From Opitutales bacterium (GTDB taxonomy: Bacteria; Verrucomicrobiota; Verrucomicrobiia; Opitutales; UBA2987): a stretch of DNA of 64,000 nucleotides. The notes under the pieces are model-generated. The model was not told where the DNA came from and searched no databases. It worked only from the letters and a program-made list of their open reading frames with translations. The position numbers were made by a program, and so were the translations under genes. Below, one piece after another: positions 31,079-42,477 of this stretch (the first letter of the stretch is position 1; every line of letters begins with the position of its first letter). The stretch lies in contig CBDDEL010000017.1 in NCBI GenBank assembly GCA_965226885.1, forward strand, positions 64,001 through 128,000, given 5' to 3'.

Positions 31079-31228
31079 TGACGTGTACTGGATTTGTTGG
31101 ACACGGGATTCTCTTATATTCATTGTTTATTGAACTGCCTCATTTTTGAACTCTATACTGCGTCTTCTTCCCATGCTTCGATTCTCCATTTAGGAGAATC
31201 TCGTGTCCACTTTTTCCAGTGCACATCA
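31079..31228 (-). mobile_element. 150-bp internally deleted derivative of IS3 type A (both ends retained)
   Basis: IRR TGACGTGTACTGGATTTGTTGGACAC... joined at TTGA to the orfA 5' region and IRL ...CCAGTGCACATCA. Confidence 0.93.
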
Positions 31229-31477
31229 GTACTAATTGACAGCAGATACCAAAATCATTTGCCAAATCACCTTGAAAGCAATAAATTGGATCGAATTATT
31301 AGAAAGTAACTATTTTCAACGATTATGAATGTTCATATGGGAAATCTCGGATTTAATTAATATAAATCAAATCACTGATTGCCGGATGCCAGACGGCGAC
31401 CGGGATTTTACGCTCTATTCCTTGCATATAAAGCGGCCTACGGACTTTAAGCTTTTCCCGAAAAATTCTTCCCCACT

Positions 31478-31690
31478 ATGGCAGGCAATCTCGTAAAACG
31501 AATCAAGTGGATAGTCTTGGGCCTAGTACTGGTCCTGATTTTAATACTGATTTTGCAAAATACCGAGAGCGTGGCTTTGAGATTTTTTCTCTGGAATCTT
31601 GAAATGCCTAAGCTGGCATTGGTAATTCTTTGCCTCCTGGCCGGTATGGCCGCCGGATTCATGTTAGCCAAGCAGCCGTGGGACCATTAA
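31478..31690 (+). CDS. Small LapA/DUF1049-like membrane protein
   Basis: Two TMs with ILQNTESVALRFFLW...MP motif. Confidence 0.75.
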   Translation: MAGNLVKRIKWIVLGLVLVLILILILQNTESVALRFFLWNLEMPKLALVILCLLAGMAAGFMLAKQPWDH

Positions 31691-31946
31691 CGGCCGGGCC
31701 GGACAAGACCTTCATTGTAAATCCGAATCCGGTTTTTCCAATTCAATCCATGCGGACAGCGAAATTTATTTGGTTTCCGAACTTGAATATTATTTCCAAA
31801 AGTATTTGTTGTTGAATCTTTTTCGTTGACTGGCGCGTCCCAAATAGAATTTAGCAAGCTGTTGCGGAATCGAATAATGTCGCCTGAACAGAATTTCCTT
31901 TCGGGTATTCAATGTATAAGCAAAAATAGTAAATAATTTTCAAGGA

Positions 31947-33068
31947 ATGAACAAATCGATCATCATTGCGTTAAGCCTTTTCGTAGCTCTTTTACTTTGG
32001 CTGGCATCCGGCCTTATTATAGGTAACGGGGGAAATATTGAAAACGGCTCCACGGAACCGACCGCCATGGATGAGGGCGAAAGCCCGCTCCAGAGTGTGC
32101 GAGTGCGGCGGCAGCGAGCCCAGTCGGTGGTCCGTGAGGTCATCATCCATGGGAAAACGGATGCCGCCCGCAAAGTTGAAATGAAGGCGGAAACGGCCGG
32201 GCGCGTCATCCTGGTGGGGTCGGAAAGGGGTGCCTTGGTGGAAAAAGGAGAATTAATCGCCAGAATAGAAATGCGCGATCGTGACAACCGGCTGGCTCAA
32301 TCGAAGGCCTTGTTAAAACAGCGGCGGCTCGAATACGAGGCTTCCCGGGAGCTGGCGGAAAAAGGCTACCAGGCAGAGACCAAGGTGGCCGAATCTTTCG
32401 CTGCCCTGCTACAGGTTGAAACCATTTCTATCGATATCGAAAAAACTCGCATCGCGGCCCCATTTGAAGGCGTTTTAGGAGAACGTTACATTGAAGAGGG
32501 CGATTATTTGAAGGATGGCGATCCGGTGGGGCTCCTCCTGGAACTGGATCCCTTGATTATCAAAGGAAAAGTCACCGAGCGCGAAATCGACGCGTTGAAA
32601 ATGGGCATGACGGGCAAGGCTGAATTGGCCTCAGGAGACATTGTGCAGGGTCGCCTTCGTTACATAGCGCCCTATTCAGATGAGGAAAGCCGTACCTATA
32701 GCGTTGAAATCGAGGTTTCCAACGCTGGTTCCCGCATACCCGCAGGATTAACCGGCCAGATGTATATCCCGGTGGAAACGATCAAGGCTCACTACCTATC
32801 TTCCGCAATGCTGTCCCTCAACGACCAGGGCGTGCTCGGCATCAAAATCGTCGATGAACAGGACACTGTTTTATTTGTCCCATCGAAACTGGTAAAGGCA
32901 GATGCCAATGGGGTCTGGCTTTCGGGATTGCCGGATGTTGCCAGGATTATCACCGTCGGCCAGGGTTTTGCCAGAGCCGGGGACCGCGTCCTGACCCAAC
33001 CGGACAAAGAGGAAGTTGTGCCCGTCGATGTTGAAGACCGGAGCCATGTTGGCCAGTTGCAGGAATAG
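31947..33068 (+). CDS. RND efflux periplasmic adaptor (MFP)
   Basis: N-terminal TM; AETAGRV, IAAPFEGV, SRTYSVEI, IITVGQ. Confidence 0.92.
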   Translation: MNKSIIIALSLFVALLLWLASGLIIGNGGNIENGSTEPTAMDEGESPLQSVRVRRQRAQSVVREVIIHGKTDAARKVEMKAETAGRVILVGSERGALVEKGELIARIEMRDRDNRLAQSKALLKQRRLEYEASRELAEKGYQAETKVAESFAALLQVETISIDIEKTRIAAPFEGVLGERYIEEGDYLKDGDPVGLLLELDPLIIKGKVTEREIDALKMGMTGKAELASGDIVQGRLRYIAPYSDEESRTYSVEIEVSNAGSRIPAGLTGQMYIPVETIKAHYLSSAMLSLNDQGVLGIKIVDEQDTVLFVPSKLVKADANGVWLSGLPDVARIITVGQGFARAGDRVLTQPDKEEVVPVDVEDRSHVGQLQE

Positions 33069-33071
33069 CCA

Positions 33072-35974
33072 GTGATTAAAAGCTTTATTACCATTTGCCT
33101 GGCCCACTCCCGAACGGGGCTCATGTTCCTGGCCTTGATTTTGGTTTCGGGAGTTTACTCCTATGTGACCATCCCCAAAGAGGCCAATCCCGATATCACC
33201 GTGCCCTGGATTTATGTGGCCATGGTGCACGAAGGAATATCGCCCGAGGATGGCGAGCGGCTCCTCGTCCGGCCTATGGAAAAGGAGCTGCGCAGCATCG
33301 AAGGAGTCAAGGAAATGACTGCCCTGGCCTCCGAAGGCAGCGCCAGCGTGACCCTTGAGTTCGAGGCTGGTTCCGATCTTGACGAGGCCCTTAACGATGT
33401 GCGTGAAGCAGTCGATTTGGCCAGACCCGAACTTCCCGATGAAACCGAGGAGCCGATTGTTAATGAAATAAACCTGGCCCTGGAACCCGTCATTACGATC
33501 AGCCTTTATGGGGACGTGCCGGAGCGGCAGCTCGTCCGCCTGGCACGGGACCTCAAGGATGAACTGGAGGGAATCGGTGAAATCCTCGAAGTCGATATCG
33601 GGGGGGATCGCGAAGAAGTGGTCGAAATCCTGGTCGATCCCGTGATAATCGACACCTATGACCTCAAGCAGGAGGAACTGTTTGCCACGGCCAGGCGCAA
33701 CAACAAGCTGGTGGCGGCGGGAACCCTCGACTCCGGATCGGGCCGCATACCCATCAAGGTGCCCGGTCTTTTCGAAACGGCCGAAGACGTTCTGGGATTG
33801 CCTGTTAAGGCGGTTGGCGACAGCATAGTGACTCTGCGCGATATCGGAGTGGTGAGGAAATCCTTCAAGGATCCCAATGGGTTTGCCCGCGTAAATGGGC
33901 GCCCGGCGGTTACCCTGGAAGTAAAAAAACGGGTAGGCGAAAACGTAATCGACGCCGTGGACAAGGCCATTGCGCTGGTCGAGGAAGAGCGGCGGAACTG
34001 GCCGGAAGGATTAAAAGTCTCCTACTCCAACGACCAGTCCAAGGACATCAAGGAGATGCTGACGGACCTGCAAAACAATGTAATCAGCGCCATAATATTA
34101 GTCATGATTGTAATCGTGGCGGCGCTCGGGTGGCGTACCGGGCTGCTTGTCGGCATTTCCATTCCGGGGTCTTTCCTGGCCGGGATACTGGTTTTATCAG
34201 CTCTCGGCTTGACGGTTAATATCGTGGTTCTGTTCAGCCTTATCCTGGCCGTGGGTATGCTCGTAGACGGGGCCATTGTGGTGACGGAATTTGCCGACCG
34301 CAAGATGTCCGAAGGAATCCCCCGAACAAGCGCCCATTTGCAGGCCTCCCACCGCATGGCCCTGCCCATCATCGCCTCGACCGTGACTACCCTGGCCGCG
34401 TTCATGGCGCTCCTTTTCTGGCCGGGGATCATGGGCGAATTCATGAAGTATCTGCCCATAACCTTGATCGCCACCTTATCGGCCTCATTATTTATGGCCC
34501 TGATATTTGTTCCAACACTGGGGGGCATTTTTGGCAAACCCGGTCCGGCCAGCCCGGAAACGATGCGCAGCCTGGACGCCGCCGAAGGCGGAAACCTGGA
34601 AGACTTAAGAGGATTCACCGGCTGGTATGTCAATACTTTGCGGCGCATTTTGCGGCGACCATTCATTGTGGTGGTGGTTGCGGTGGTCTCTCTGATTTCC
34701 GTTATTTTCGCCTATGGCAAATTCGGCAAAGGGTTGGAATTTTTCCCCGATGTGGAGCCAACTTTCGCCAGCCTATATGTGCGCATGAGGGGGAACCTCT
34801 CCGTCCGGGAGATCGACGACCTGGTGCGGGAAGTGGAGGAGGAGGTAATACAGGTCGATGGCATCAAAACCGTTTACGCCCGCAGTGGAGCCTCTTTTCG
34901 GGGCGGAGATTTGGCGGACGATGTACACGGCATTCTCCAATTAGAATTCGAAGACTGGAAAAAAAGAAGAAAAGCCAATGAAATTTTAGCCGAAATCAGA
35001 GAAAGGACCAGCTGCCTGGCCGGAATCATCATTACGGAACGAAAAATGGAGGCCGGACCCCCCACCGGCAAAGCCATTCAAATCGAATTCAGCTCTTCCT
35101 ACCCCGAATTACTGGAACCAGCTCTCGTGCAGACCCGCCGCCAACTGGAATCCATGGCCGGACTCATGGATATCGAGGATTCCCGCCCTGTGCCAGGAAT
35201 TGAGTGGCAGATCGCCGTCGATCGGGCCGAGGCCAGGCGTTTCGGGGCGGACATAACCCTGGTCGGAAACGCGATCCAGTTTGTCACCAATGGGCTCAAT
35301 GTGGCTACCTACCGGCCAGACGGAGCCGACGACGAAATCGACATCAATGTGCGTTATCCGAGCAGCAACCGGCATCTGGATCAGATCGAAAGGCTGCGGG
35401 TGGGTACAGCCGCCGGACTGGTCCCGATAAAAAACTTTATCGAGCGCAAGGCCGCGCCCAAAGTGGGTAAAATCGAACGCACCGATTCGCACCGCGTACT
35501 TGAAGTCTCGGCCGAGGTTGAGCCCGGTGTGCTGCCGGATACCAAAGTGCGCGAAATCCGCCAATGGCTGGAAGAGGAAGCCCATTTTCCTGAGGACGTC
35601 AGTTGGACCTTCCGGGGGGAGGATGAGGAGCAAAAGCAATCGCAGGATTTTTTGGTGAAAGCCTTCATGGTGACCCAGTTTAACAGTTTTTACCAGGCCT
35701 TTCTCATCCTCACGGCGGTGGTTTTTTCCACTGTGGGGGTACTTCTCGGACTGCTTATCACGGGGCAGCCTTTTGGAATTGTCATGGCCGGAATCGGGGT
35801 GATTTCCCTAGCCGGCATCGTGGTCAATAACAACATCGTGCTGATCGATACTTTCGATTACCATATTCACAATGGAGCCTCCACTTTCGACGCCGTTTTG
35901 CGAACTGCTTCGCAAAGGCTCCGCCCCGTTTTACTGACAACCGTTACGACCATTCTTGGACTTTTGCCGATTGG
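33072..35974 (+). pseudogene. AcrB/AcrD/AcrF-family RND transporter, 3'-truncated by IS3 insertion
   Basis: GMLVDGAIVVTE, GIVVNNNIVLID, RLRPVLLTTVTTILGLLP, then IS3 IRL at 35975; final TM missing. Confidence 0.9.
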
Positions 35975-36740
35975 TGATGTGCACTGGAAAAAGTGGACAC
36001 GAGATTCTCCTAAATGGAGAATCGAAGCATGGGAAGAAGACGCTTTAGTATAGAGTTCAAAAATGAGGCAGTTCAACTGATGATACTCGATGGTCTGAGC
36101 GCCACCGAGGTATCGACCAAACTTGGGGTCAACACCAACCAATTGTATAGGTGGAAGAGGCTCTATCTGGACGATCAGCAGGGCGAAGCCACCTCAAAGC
36201 GACAGAGCAGTCCGAAGGAGATGGCGGCCGAGATAGATCGTCTTCGCAAAGAGCTGCGCCGCTCGGAGCGGATCAACCAGATACTAAAAAAAACGGTGGG
36301 CTACTTTGCCAAGGACGAACAATGAAGTACCAGTTTGTCAAAGACAACGAGGGGCGCTTCAAGATCGAGGAAATATGCTCGGCGATGGGGATTTGTCGCA
36401 GTGGCTATTACTGCTGGAGGCACCGAGCGCCCTCGGCCCGGCGGATCGAGGACGAGGGAATCAAGGGGGCGATCCTGAAGGTACACAAAGAGGCCAAGGG
36501 CCGCTATGGGCATCGGCCAATGCACCGCCCCATCTGAAGGATGATGAGGGCATCGATTGCGGCCGTGACCGGGCTCTGCGTCTGATGCGTGAAATGGGAA
36601 TCAAAAGCACCCAGAGTAAACGCTTTAAGCCATTAAAAACCAACAGTAACCATCCCTATGGTTACAGCCCCAATGTGCTTAAAAAGCATGGCCAGCCGAC
36701 CCATATCGACGAGGTCTGGGTGGCGGACACGACCTACCTA
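35975..36740 (+). mobile_element. IS3 type A, 5' fragment (interrupted by a second copy of itself)
   Basis: IRL at 35975; intact orfA; orfB has C4 instead of C2 at 36528-36531; breaks after ...GACCTACCTA. Confidence 0.93.
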
Positions 36741-36794
36741 TGATGTGCACTGGAAAAAGCGGACACGAGATTCTCCTAAATGGAGAATCGAAGC

Positions 36795-37091
36795 ATGGGA
36801 AGAAGACGCTTTAGTATAGAGTTCAAAAATGAGGCAGTTCAACTGATGATACTCGATGGTCTGAGCGCCACCGAGGTATCGACCAAACTTGGGGTCAACA
36901 CCAACCAATTGTATAGGTGGAAGAGGCTCTATCTGGACGATCAGCAGGGCGAAGCCACCTCAAAGCGACAGAGCAGTCCGAAGGAGATGGCGGCCGAGAT
37001 AGATCGTCTTCGCAAAGAGCTGCGCCGCTCGGAGCGGATCAACCAGATACTAAAAAAAACGGTGGGCTACTTTGCCAAGGACGAACAATGA
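36795..37091 (+). CDS. IS3 OrfA (HTH)
   Basis: RRRFSIEFKNEAV...LYRWKR...ILKKTVGYFAK; A8C run near its end is a plausible -1 frameshift site. Confidence 0.9.
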   Translation: MGRRRFSIEFKNEAVQLMILDGLSATEVSTKLGVNTNQLYRWKRLYLDDQQGEATSKRQSSPKEMAAEIDRLRKELRRSERINQILKKTVGYFAKDEQ

Positions 37092-38005
37092 AGTACCAGT
37101 TTGTCAAAGACAACGAGGGGCGCTTCAAGATCGAGGAAATATGCTCGGCGATGGGGATTTGTCGCAGTGGCTATTACTGCTGGAGGCACCGAGCGCCCTC
37201 GGCCCGGCGGATCGAGGACGAGGGAATCAAGGGGGCGATCCTGAAGGTACACAAAGAGGCCAAGGGCCGCTATGGGCATCGGCCAATGCACCGCCATCTG
37301 AAGGATGATGAGGGCATCGATTGCGGCCGTGACCGGGCTCTGCGTCTGATGCGTGAAATGGGAATCAAAAGCACCCAGAGTAAACGCTTTAAGCCATTAA
37401 AAACCAACAGTAACCATCCCTATGGTTACAGCCCCAATGTGCTTAAAAAGCATGGCCAGCCGACCCATATCGACGAGGTCTGGGTGGCGGACACGACCTA
37501 CCTACGGACCCTGGCCGGTTGGATGTACTTGGCCACGGTGATGGACCTGTTCAGCCGACGCCTGCTGGGCTGGAGCGTTTCCAACCACAACGACGCGAAG
37601 CTGGTTGGCAAGGCCCTCAAAGCCGCGGCCATGACCCGCGGCACACTGCGCACCGGGATTATTCATCACAGCGATCGGGGCAGCCCCTACGCCAGCGACG
37701 ACTATCAGAGGCTGGTCTCTGAACTAGGCATGAAGCCGAGCATGAGCGCCCAAGGCAACTGCTACGACAACGCGGCCATGGAATCGTTCTACGGCCGCTT
37801 CAAGACCAGCACGATTCGAGGCCGCCACTTTGCCGACGAGCGCGAACTGCGATCAACTGTCTTCGAATACGTGGAAATCTTCTACAACCGATATCGCAAA
37901 CATTCCTCTCTGAGTTACCAAAGCCCAGTCCAATTCGAGGAAAATATTTGCCCCCCATGGGGGGCAACGAGAAAACAAAACCCTTTACCAAAACAAGCCG
38001 CCTGA
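37088..38005 (+). CDS. IS3 OrfB (rve/DDE)
   Basis: WVADTTY, MDLFSR, HSDRGS, GNCYDNAAMESF, FYNRYRKHS; -1 frame relative to orfA. Confidence 0.93.
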   Translation: MKYQFVKDNEGRFKIEEICSAMGICRSGYYCWRHRAPSARRIEDEGIKGAILKVHKEAKGRYGHRPMHRHLKDDEGIDCGRDRALRLMREMGIKSTQSKRFKPLKTNSNHPYGYSPNVLKKHGQPTHIDEVWVADTTYLRTLAGWMYLATVMDLFSRRLLGWSVSNHNDAKLVGKALKAAAMTRGTLRTGIIHHSDRGSPYASDDYQRLVSELGMKPSMSAQGNCYDNAAMESFYGRFKTSTIRGRHFADERELRSTVFEYVEIFYNRYRKHSSLSYQSPVQFEENICPPWGATRKQNPLPKQAA

Positions 38006-38805
38006 CACACTAATCAATAAACAATGAATATAAGAGAATCCCGTGTCCAACAAATCCAGTACACGTCATTCTGCGATCGTTTCAATGAGGGTAAATTTAA
38101 TCTTCAATAGAAGACATTATTAGATAACTAATTGAGAATCAAATAAATAGGAATTAGAGAAATAATTTTGCCGACCCGAAAATGTCGCTTTCAACATTTC
38201 TCAAGAACAGGATACACTTTTCGCCGGAGAGGGTTAAAAAACAAGGTCCAGAAAAAACAAAACGAATTTTCACAAAGTTTTAACAATTAAAGAGATAGAA
38301 AAAAATAGCCCAATTGACCGAAAAACCGAACGAATTCCCTATATTTTTTCGTAAAATAAATTCAAATATTTGATGGCCGACAACACTTTTTCGAGAATCA
38401 GACGATATTAGAGCAAGAACAGGCAGGTAAATCTTGAAACTGTATTTCCACAACCAAAGTGCTAAAGGATTGCGAGCCAGGAGGCTCCTTTCGGCATTTC
38501 CCGCTGTACTTGTGTGTATTTTCCTGTTTCCCGCGATTCTTTTCACTGCTGCGCCTACTCCAAATCCAATCACAGACAACACGGGCGATGACCTAACCTT
38601 TCCAGCCCACGACACCAATGGATCAGATATTAGTTTGACCGATACGGGCGATAATTGGGACGACGGCAATTCCGTTTCCTTTTCTGGCACTGCACTGTAG
38701 TGACCGATGGTGGCCTATGAAGTGGACGGGGTTGTTTGGACAATTTTGACGTGGGATTAAGGTGGAAATCGTGTTCATATTATTTTTTAAAAATATATTT
38801 TGTCC

Positions 38806-39669
38806 TTAGCCAAAGACGGGCACGCAGGTGCCCGCAAGCTGTATTGGCGGGGAGGTTGGTTTTGCTCCGATTGCATGGACTTCGGCCGGGGTCCGGTAGC
38901 CCAGGGCTTGGTGGGGGCGCAGGTGGTTGTAGAAGTCCAGGTAGCGGGCTATCCCTTCGCTGGCTTCCTTTGCCGTGGCGTATTCGCGCAGGTAAATGTC
39001 TTCATACTTGAGGGTTCTCCAAAAGCGTTCAACAAATATGTTGTCCAGGTAGCGGCCACGCCCGTCCATGCTGATGCGCACCCCGGCTTGCCCCAGCACC
39101 GAGGTGAACTCGCTGCCGGTAAACTGGCTGCCTTGATCGGTGTTGAAGATTTGAGGTTGGGCCCGCCTCAGAGCTTCCTCCAGGGCGAGCACACAGAAGC
39201 GGCTCTCCAGGGTGTTGGAAAGCTGCCAGCTCAACACGTAGCGGCTGAACCAGTCCAACACCACGGTCAAGAAAAGGAATCCTCGGCTCAGCCGCAGGTA
39301 AGTGATGTCGCTGCACCATACCTGGTCGGGCCGCTCGACCGCCAAACCCCGCAGCAGATAAGGGAAAATGCGGTGCTGCCGGTGCCCCTGGCTCAAGTTT
39401 CGACGCGGATAAATAGCCTCCAGGCCCATTTGGCGCATGAGCCGCTGGATGCGGCCTCGTCCCACTGCATGGCCCTCTCGACGCAGCCACTGGGTCATCC
39501 GGCGAGAACCAAAAAACGGATATTGGGTGTAGAGCTCATCCATGCGATGCATGTAGAGAACGTTCTGCTCGCACTGGGCACGGGCCCGATAGTAATAGCT
39601 GCCGCGGGCCAGCCCCAGCAACTGACATTGCCTGCCGATACTGATTTTTCCTTGAAGTGGTTGCACCAT
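38806..39669 (-). CDS. IS3 type B OrfB (DDE)
   Basis: WCSDITY, LDWFSR, FNTDQGSQF, DNIFVERFWRTLKYE. Confidence 0.92.
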   Translation of the reverse strand: MVQPLQGKISIGRQCQLLGLARGSYYYRARAQCEQNVLYMHRMDELYTQYPFFGSRRMTQWLRREGHAVGRGRIQRLMRQMGLEAIYPRRNLSQGHRQHRIFPYLLRGLAVERPDQVWCSDITYLRLSRGFLFLTVVLDWFSRYVLSWQLSNTLESRFCVLALEEALRRAQPQIFNTDQGSQFTGSEFTSVLGQAGVRISMDGRGRYLDNIFVERFWRTLKYEDIYLREYATAKEASEGIARYLDFYNHLRPHQALGYRTPAEVHAIGAKPTSPPIQLAGTCVPVFG

Positions 39670-39679
39670 CTTGCGCCTC

Positions 39680-39985
39680 TCACCAACCGAATTGTTCAGA
39701 CTTTTTTTTTAGCCAATCGCATTCTACTTTCAGCTTTCCAATCTCCTGGTAAAGGTGATCTTTTTCCGTCTCGTTGTCCTTGCTGAGAGTCTGCCGCTGG
39801 CGCGAAAACAGCTCCGTTGCTCCCTGCAAAAGCTGCTTCTTCCATTGGGTCACCTGGTTGGGATGCACCTCAAAACGACCGGCGATCTCGTTGATGGTAT
39901 GAGCGCCCCTGATGGCTTCCAGGGCCACTCGGGCTTTAAACTCAGCACTGTATTGTCTTCTCTTTCGTGATTTAATAACATTCAT
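39680..39985 (-). CDS. IS3 type B OrfA
   Basis: YSAEFKARVALEA...HPNQVTQWKK...WLKKK; A9G slippery run on the minus strand near 39701-39710. Confidence 0.92.
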   Translation of the reverse strand: MNVIKSRKRRQYSAEFKARVALEAIRGAHTINEIAGRFEVHPNQVTQWKKQLLQGATELFSRQRQTLSKDNETEKDHLYQEIGKLKVECDWLKKKSEQFGW

Positions 39986-40910
39986 AGGTTAGCGGATTTA
40001 GTGGTTCAAGACCACCTTATTCCACTGTCCAGTTTTCCCCGTCCATTTCACTATTCACCTTTGACCGGAGGGGAAACCTTACTATTTCCGGTGATTTAGA
40101 GACCGGCAACGGCGGCGATGTCAGCATCACCGATCCCAGTGGAGTAACTTCCACAACAACAATTACCGGCGGAGTGGATACCAACGGCGGGGCTTTTACC
40201 TTCAATCGCACGGGGGATCTCGACATTACAGGCACTCTGACCACAACCTTGGGAATCAATAGTGGAACGGTGACCATCTTGGGCACAGGCGAAACCACTC
40301 TGGGCGTTGTCGATGTGCAGCATGGGACCTTTACTTTGAACCGGGTCGGGGACGCCACCTTCAACGGTACCATAACGTCAAATCAAGGAGACATCAATGT
40401 TACCGGAGGTAATCTTGTATTCGAAGGCAATGTTTCCACCAATTCGGGTAATTTCAATGTCACCAGCTCTGGAGATATCACTTTAAACGGCGATATCAGC
40501 ACAAACACCAACAGCGGCACTGTTACGATAATCGGGACGGGGACCACAACGGTAAACGGCGACATCAACGTAGGGATTAATGGAGAGATTATCCTGCAAG
40601 CTGGAACTTTGATCATCAATCCTAACAGCAATGTGATCGATGGCATCGATATGACTCTCTCCGGGGGTACCTTAAGCACCAGCGATATTGATTTCAACAT
40701 CGATACCCTGACTCTTAGCGACAACTCCTTTATCGATTTGGACACCGGCAACACTAGCAGCACCCTTACGATTGACGATGTGGACTGGAGCGATCCCACA
40801 AAAACGCTCACCATCCTGAACTGGAATTTTCATTCCCCTGACCCCGTATCCACAGGAGACCATGTTATCTTCAATGTAAATCTGGATACGGGAGGGGAGG
40901 GTGTCCTTAG

Positions 40911-42477
40911 CCCGGATATTTCGTAAAAAAAGTATCGTTGATATGCTTAACTGCTGATATACAGCAGGATAGATCAATAATTAAAGCAATATCAGCGATG
41001 ACAAAAGGTAAACAATTAAAGCTACAGTTGACAAGGGTAAAAGGCCGCCGTGTGCGGGTTGATTTCAAGGGCGGAGAGGTTACTTCGGATGCCGGACTGC
41101 TTTTGATCCGGGAAGTGGATCGGCAGTTGGGCTTGACCGAACGAGCGGCCCGACAGTTAGTGGACAAACGGCAGAAGGGCAAAGTACGCCATGAGGTATT
41201 GGGGATGCTGCGGCAGCGCGGTTACGGGCTGGTGGCGGGCTATGAGGATTTGAACGACTTTGATACCCTGCGCCACGATCCATTGTTGCAAACGGTAACG
41301 GGGCGCATTGAAACGTTGGCCAGCGCGCCGACTTTGTGTCGTTTTGAAAACGGGCAGGATCGGCGGGCGGCCTTTGCGGTAAACGAGCTGTTGGTCGAAC
41401 AGTTCATGGGCTCCTTTGCCGAGGAACCCGAAGAGATCATCCTGGACTTTGACGCCACCGACACTCCGGTGCACGGGCTCCAGGAGGGACGTTTTTTCCA
41501 CGGTTATTATGATCATTACTGTTTTCTGCCGCTATATGTTTTCTGCGGTGATCAGCTGCTGGTGGCCTACCTGCGGCCGAGCAAGATCGATGCCAGCAAG
41601 CATGCCGGGGCCATCCTCAAATTGCTGGTTAAACGGATTCGCCAAAGCTGGCCCCGTACGCGGATTATTTGGCGCGCCGACAGTGGATTTTGTCGAGACC
41701 GGATACTCTCTTGGTGCGACCGCAACGAAGTTAGTTACATCGTGGGGATGGCTCGCAATGCACGCTTGCAGCAAGACGCCCAGCAGTTGCAAAAGCAGGC
41801 CAAAGAATGGTTCGAACTAAGGGGTAAAAAACAACGGTTATTCCAGGACTTCGTCTATGCTGCCGATTCGTGGCGATGGCTGCGGTTGGTCATCCATAAA
41901 GCCGAACACACCGCACAGGGGTCCAACCCGCGCTTCGTGGTGACGAACCTGCCGGGCGATCCCCAGGAGCTTTACGACAAGGTATACTGTGGCCGCGGTG
42001 AAATGGAGAACCGAATCAAGGAACAGATGCAATTGTTCAGCGAGCGCACCAGCGCCCATCAATGGTGGGCCAATCAGTGGCGATTGCTCTTGTCGGCGCT
42101 GGCCTACACCTTGATGGAAGCCATGCGCCGGTTAGCCTTAAAAGGGACGAAGTGGGCGCGGGCCCAATGCCACACCCTGCGGCTCAAATTAATCAAGATC
42201 GGAGCGGTCATCGTGCGCAACACCCGAACGATTCACTTTCACCTAAGTGAGAGTTATCCTTGGGCCAGTCTTTTCAACCATGCGCCCCGCCGATTGGTGC
42301 CAACCTAAAGGGTGCATTGGTGCTGCCCCCGGCACTACCGAACCAATGGGGGAAAGGGGGCAGTGTCTCTACACCCTGAAAAACACCTAAAAATCAAGAC
42401 GATCTGCTCAAAATACAAAGAAATCCATCTCCAATAGCAATAACGAGCCAAACTTTACCCTTCATGAAATATCCGGG
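40911..42477 (+). mobile_element. IS1380-family element copy 4
   Basis: Same IRs; TTAG at 40907-40910 and 42478-42481. Confidence 0.95.
40998..42308 (+). CDS. IS1380-family DDE transposase (open frame)
   Basis: Uninterrupted ORF, a few substitutions versus copy 3. Confidence 0.92.
   Translation: MTKGKQLKLQLTRVKGRRVRVDFKGGEVTSDAGLLLIREVDRQLGLTERAARQLVDKRQKGKVRHEVLGMLRQRGYGLVAGYEDLNDFDTLRHDPLLQTVTGRIETLASAPTLCRFENGQDRRAAFAVNELLVEQFMGSFAEEPEEIILDFDATDTPVHGLQEGRFFHGYYDHYCFLPLYVFCGDQLLVAYLRPSKIDASKHAGAILKLLVKRIRQSWPRTRIIWRADSGFCRDRILSWCDRNEVSYIVGMARNARLQQDAQQLQKQAKEWFELRGKKQRLFQDFVYAADSWRWLRLVIHKAEHTAQGSNPRFVVTNLPGDPQELYDKVYCGRGEMENRIKEQMQLFSERTSAHQWWANQWRLLLSALAYTLMEAMRRLALKGTKWARAQCHTLRLKLIKIGAVIVRNTRTIHFHLSESYPWASLFNHAPRRLVPT

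Larger units (their letters stand above)
36741..38068 (+). mobile_element. IS3 type A, full-length copy (1328 bp)
   Basis: TG...CA ends; imperfect IRs TGATGTGCACTGGAAAAAGCGGACACGAGATTCTC / TGACGTGTACTGGATTTGTTGGACACGGGATTCTC; no target duplication. Confidence 0.95.
38718..40050 (-). mobile_element. IS3-family element type B (1333 bp)
   Basis: IRs TGAAGTGGACGGGG..TGGACA / TGAAATGGACGGGG..TGGACA; 3-bp direct repeat CTA at 38715-38717 and 40051-40053. Confidence 0.95.

Noticed and set aside
32380..32450. Possible short in-frame deletion in the MFP alpha-hairpin
   Set aside because: Hairpin length varies naturally; cannot be judged without an alignment.
38800..39786. 328-aa plus-strand ORF
   Set aside because: Antisense shadow of IS3 type B orfB.
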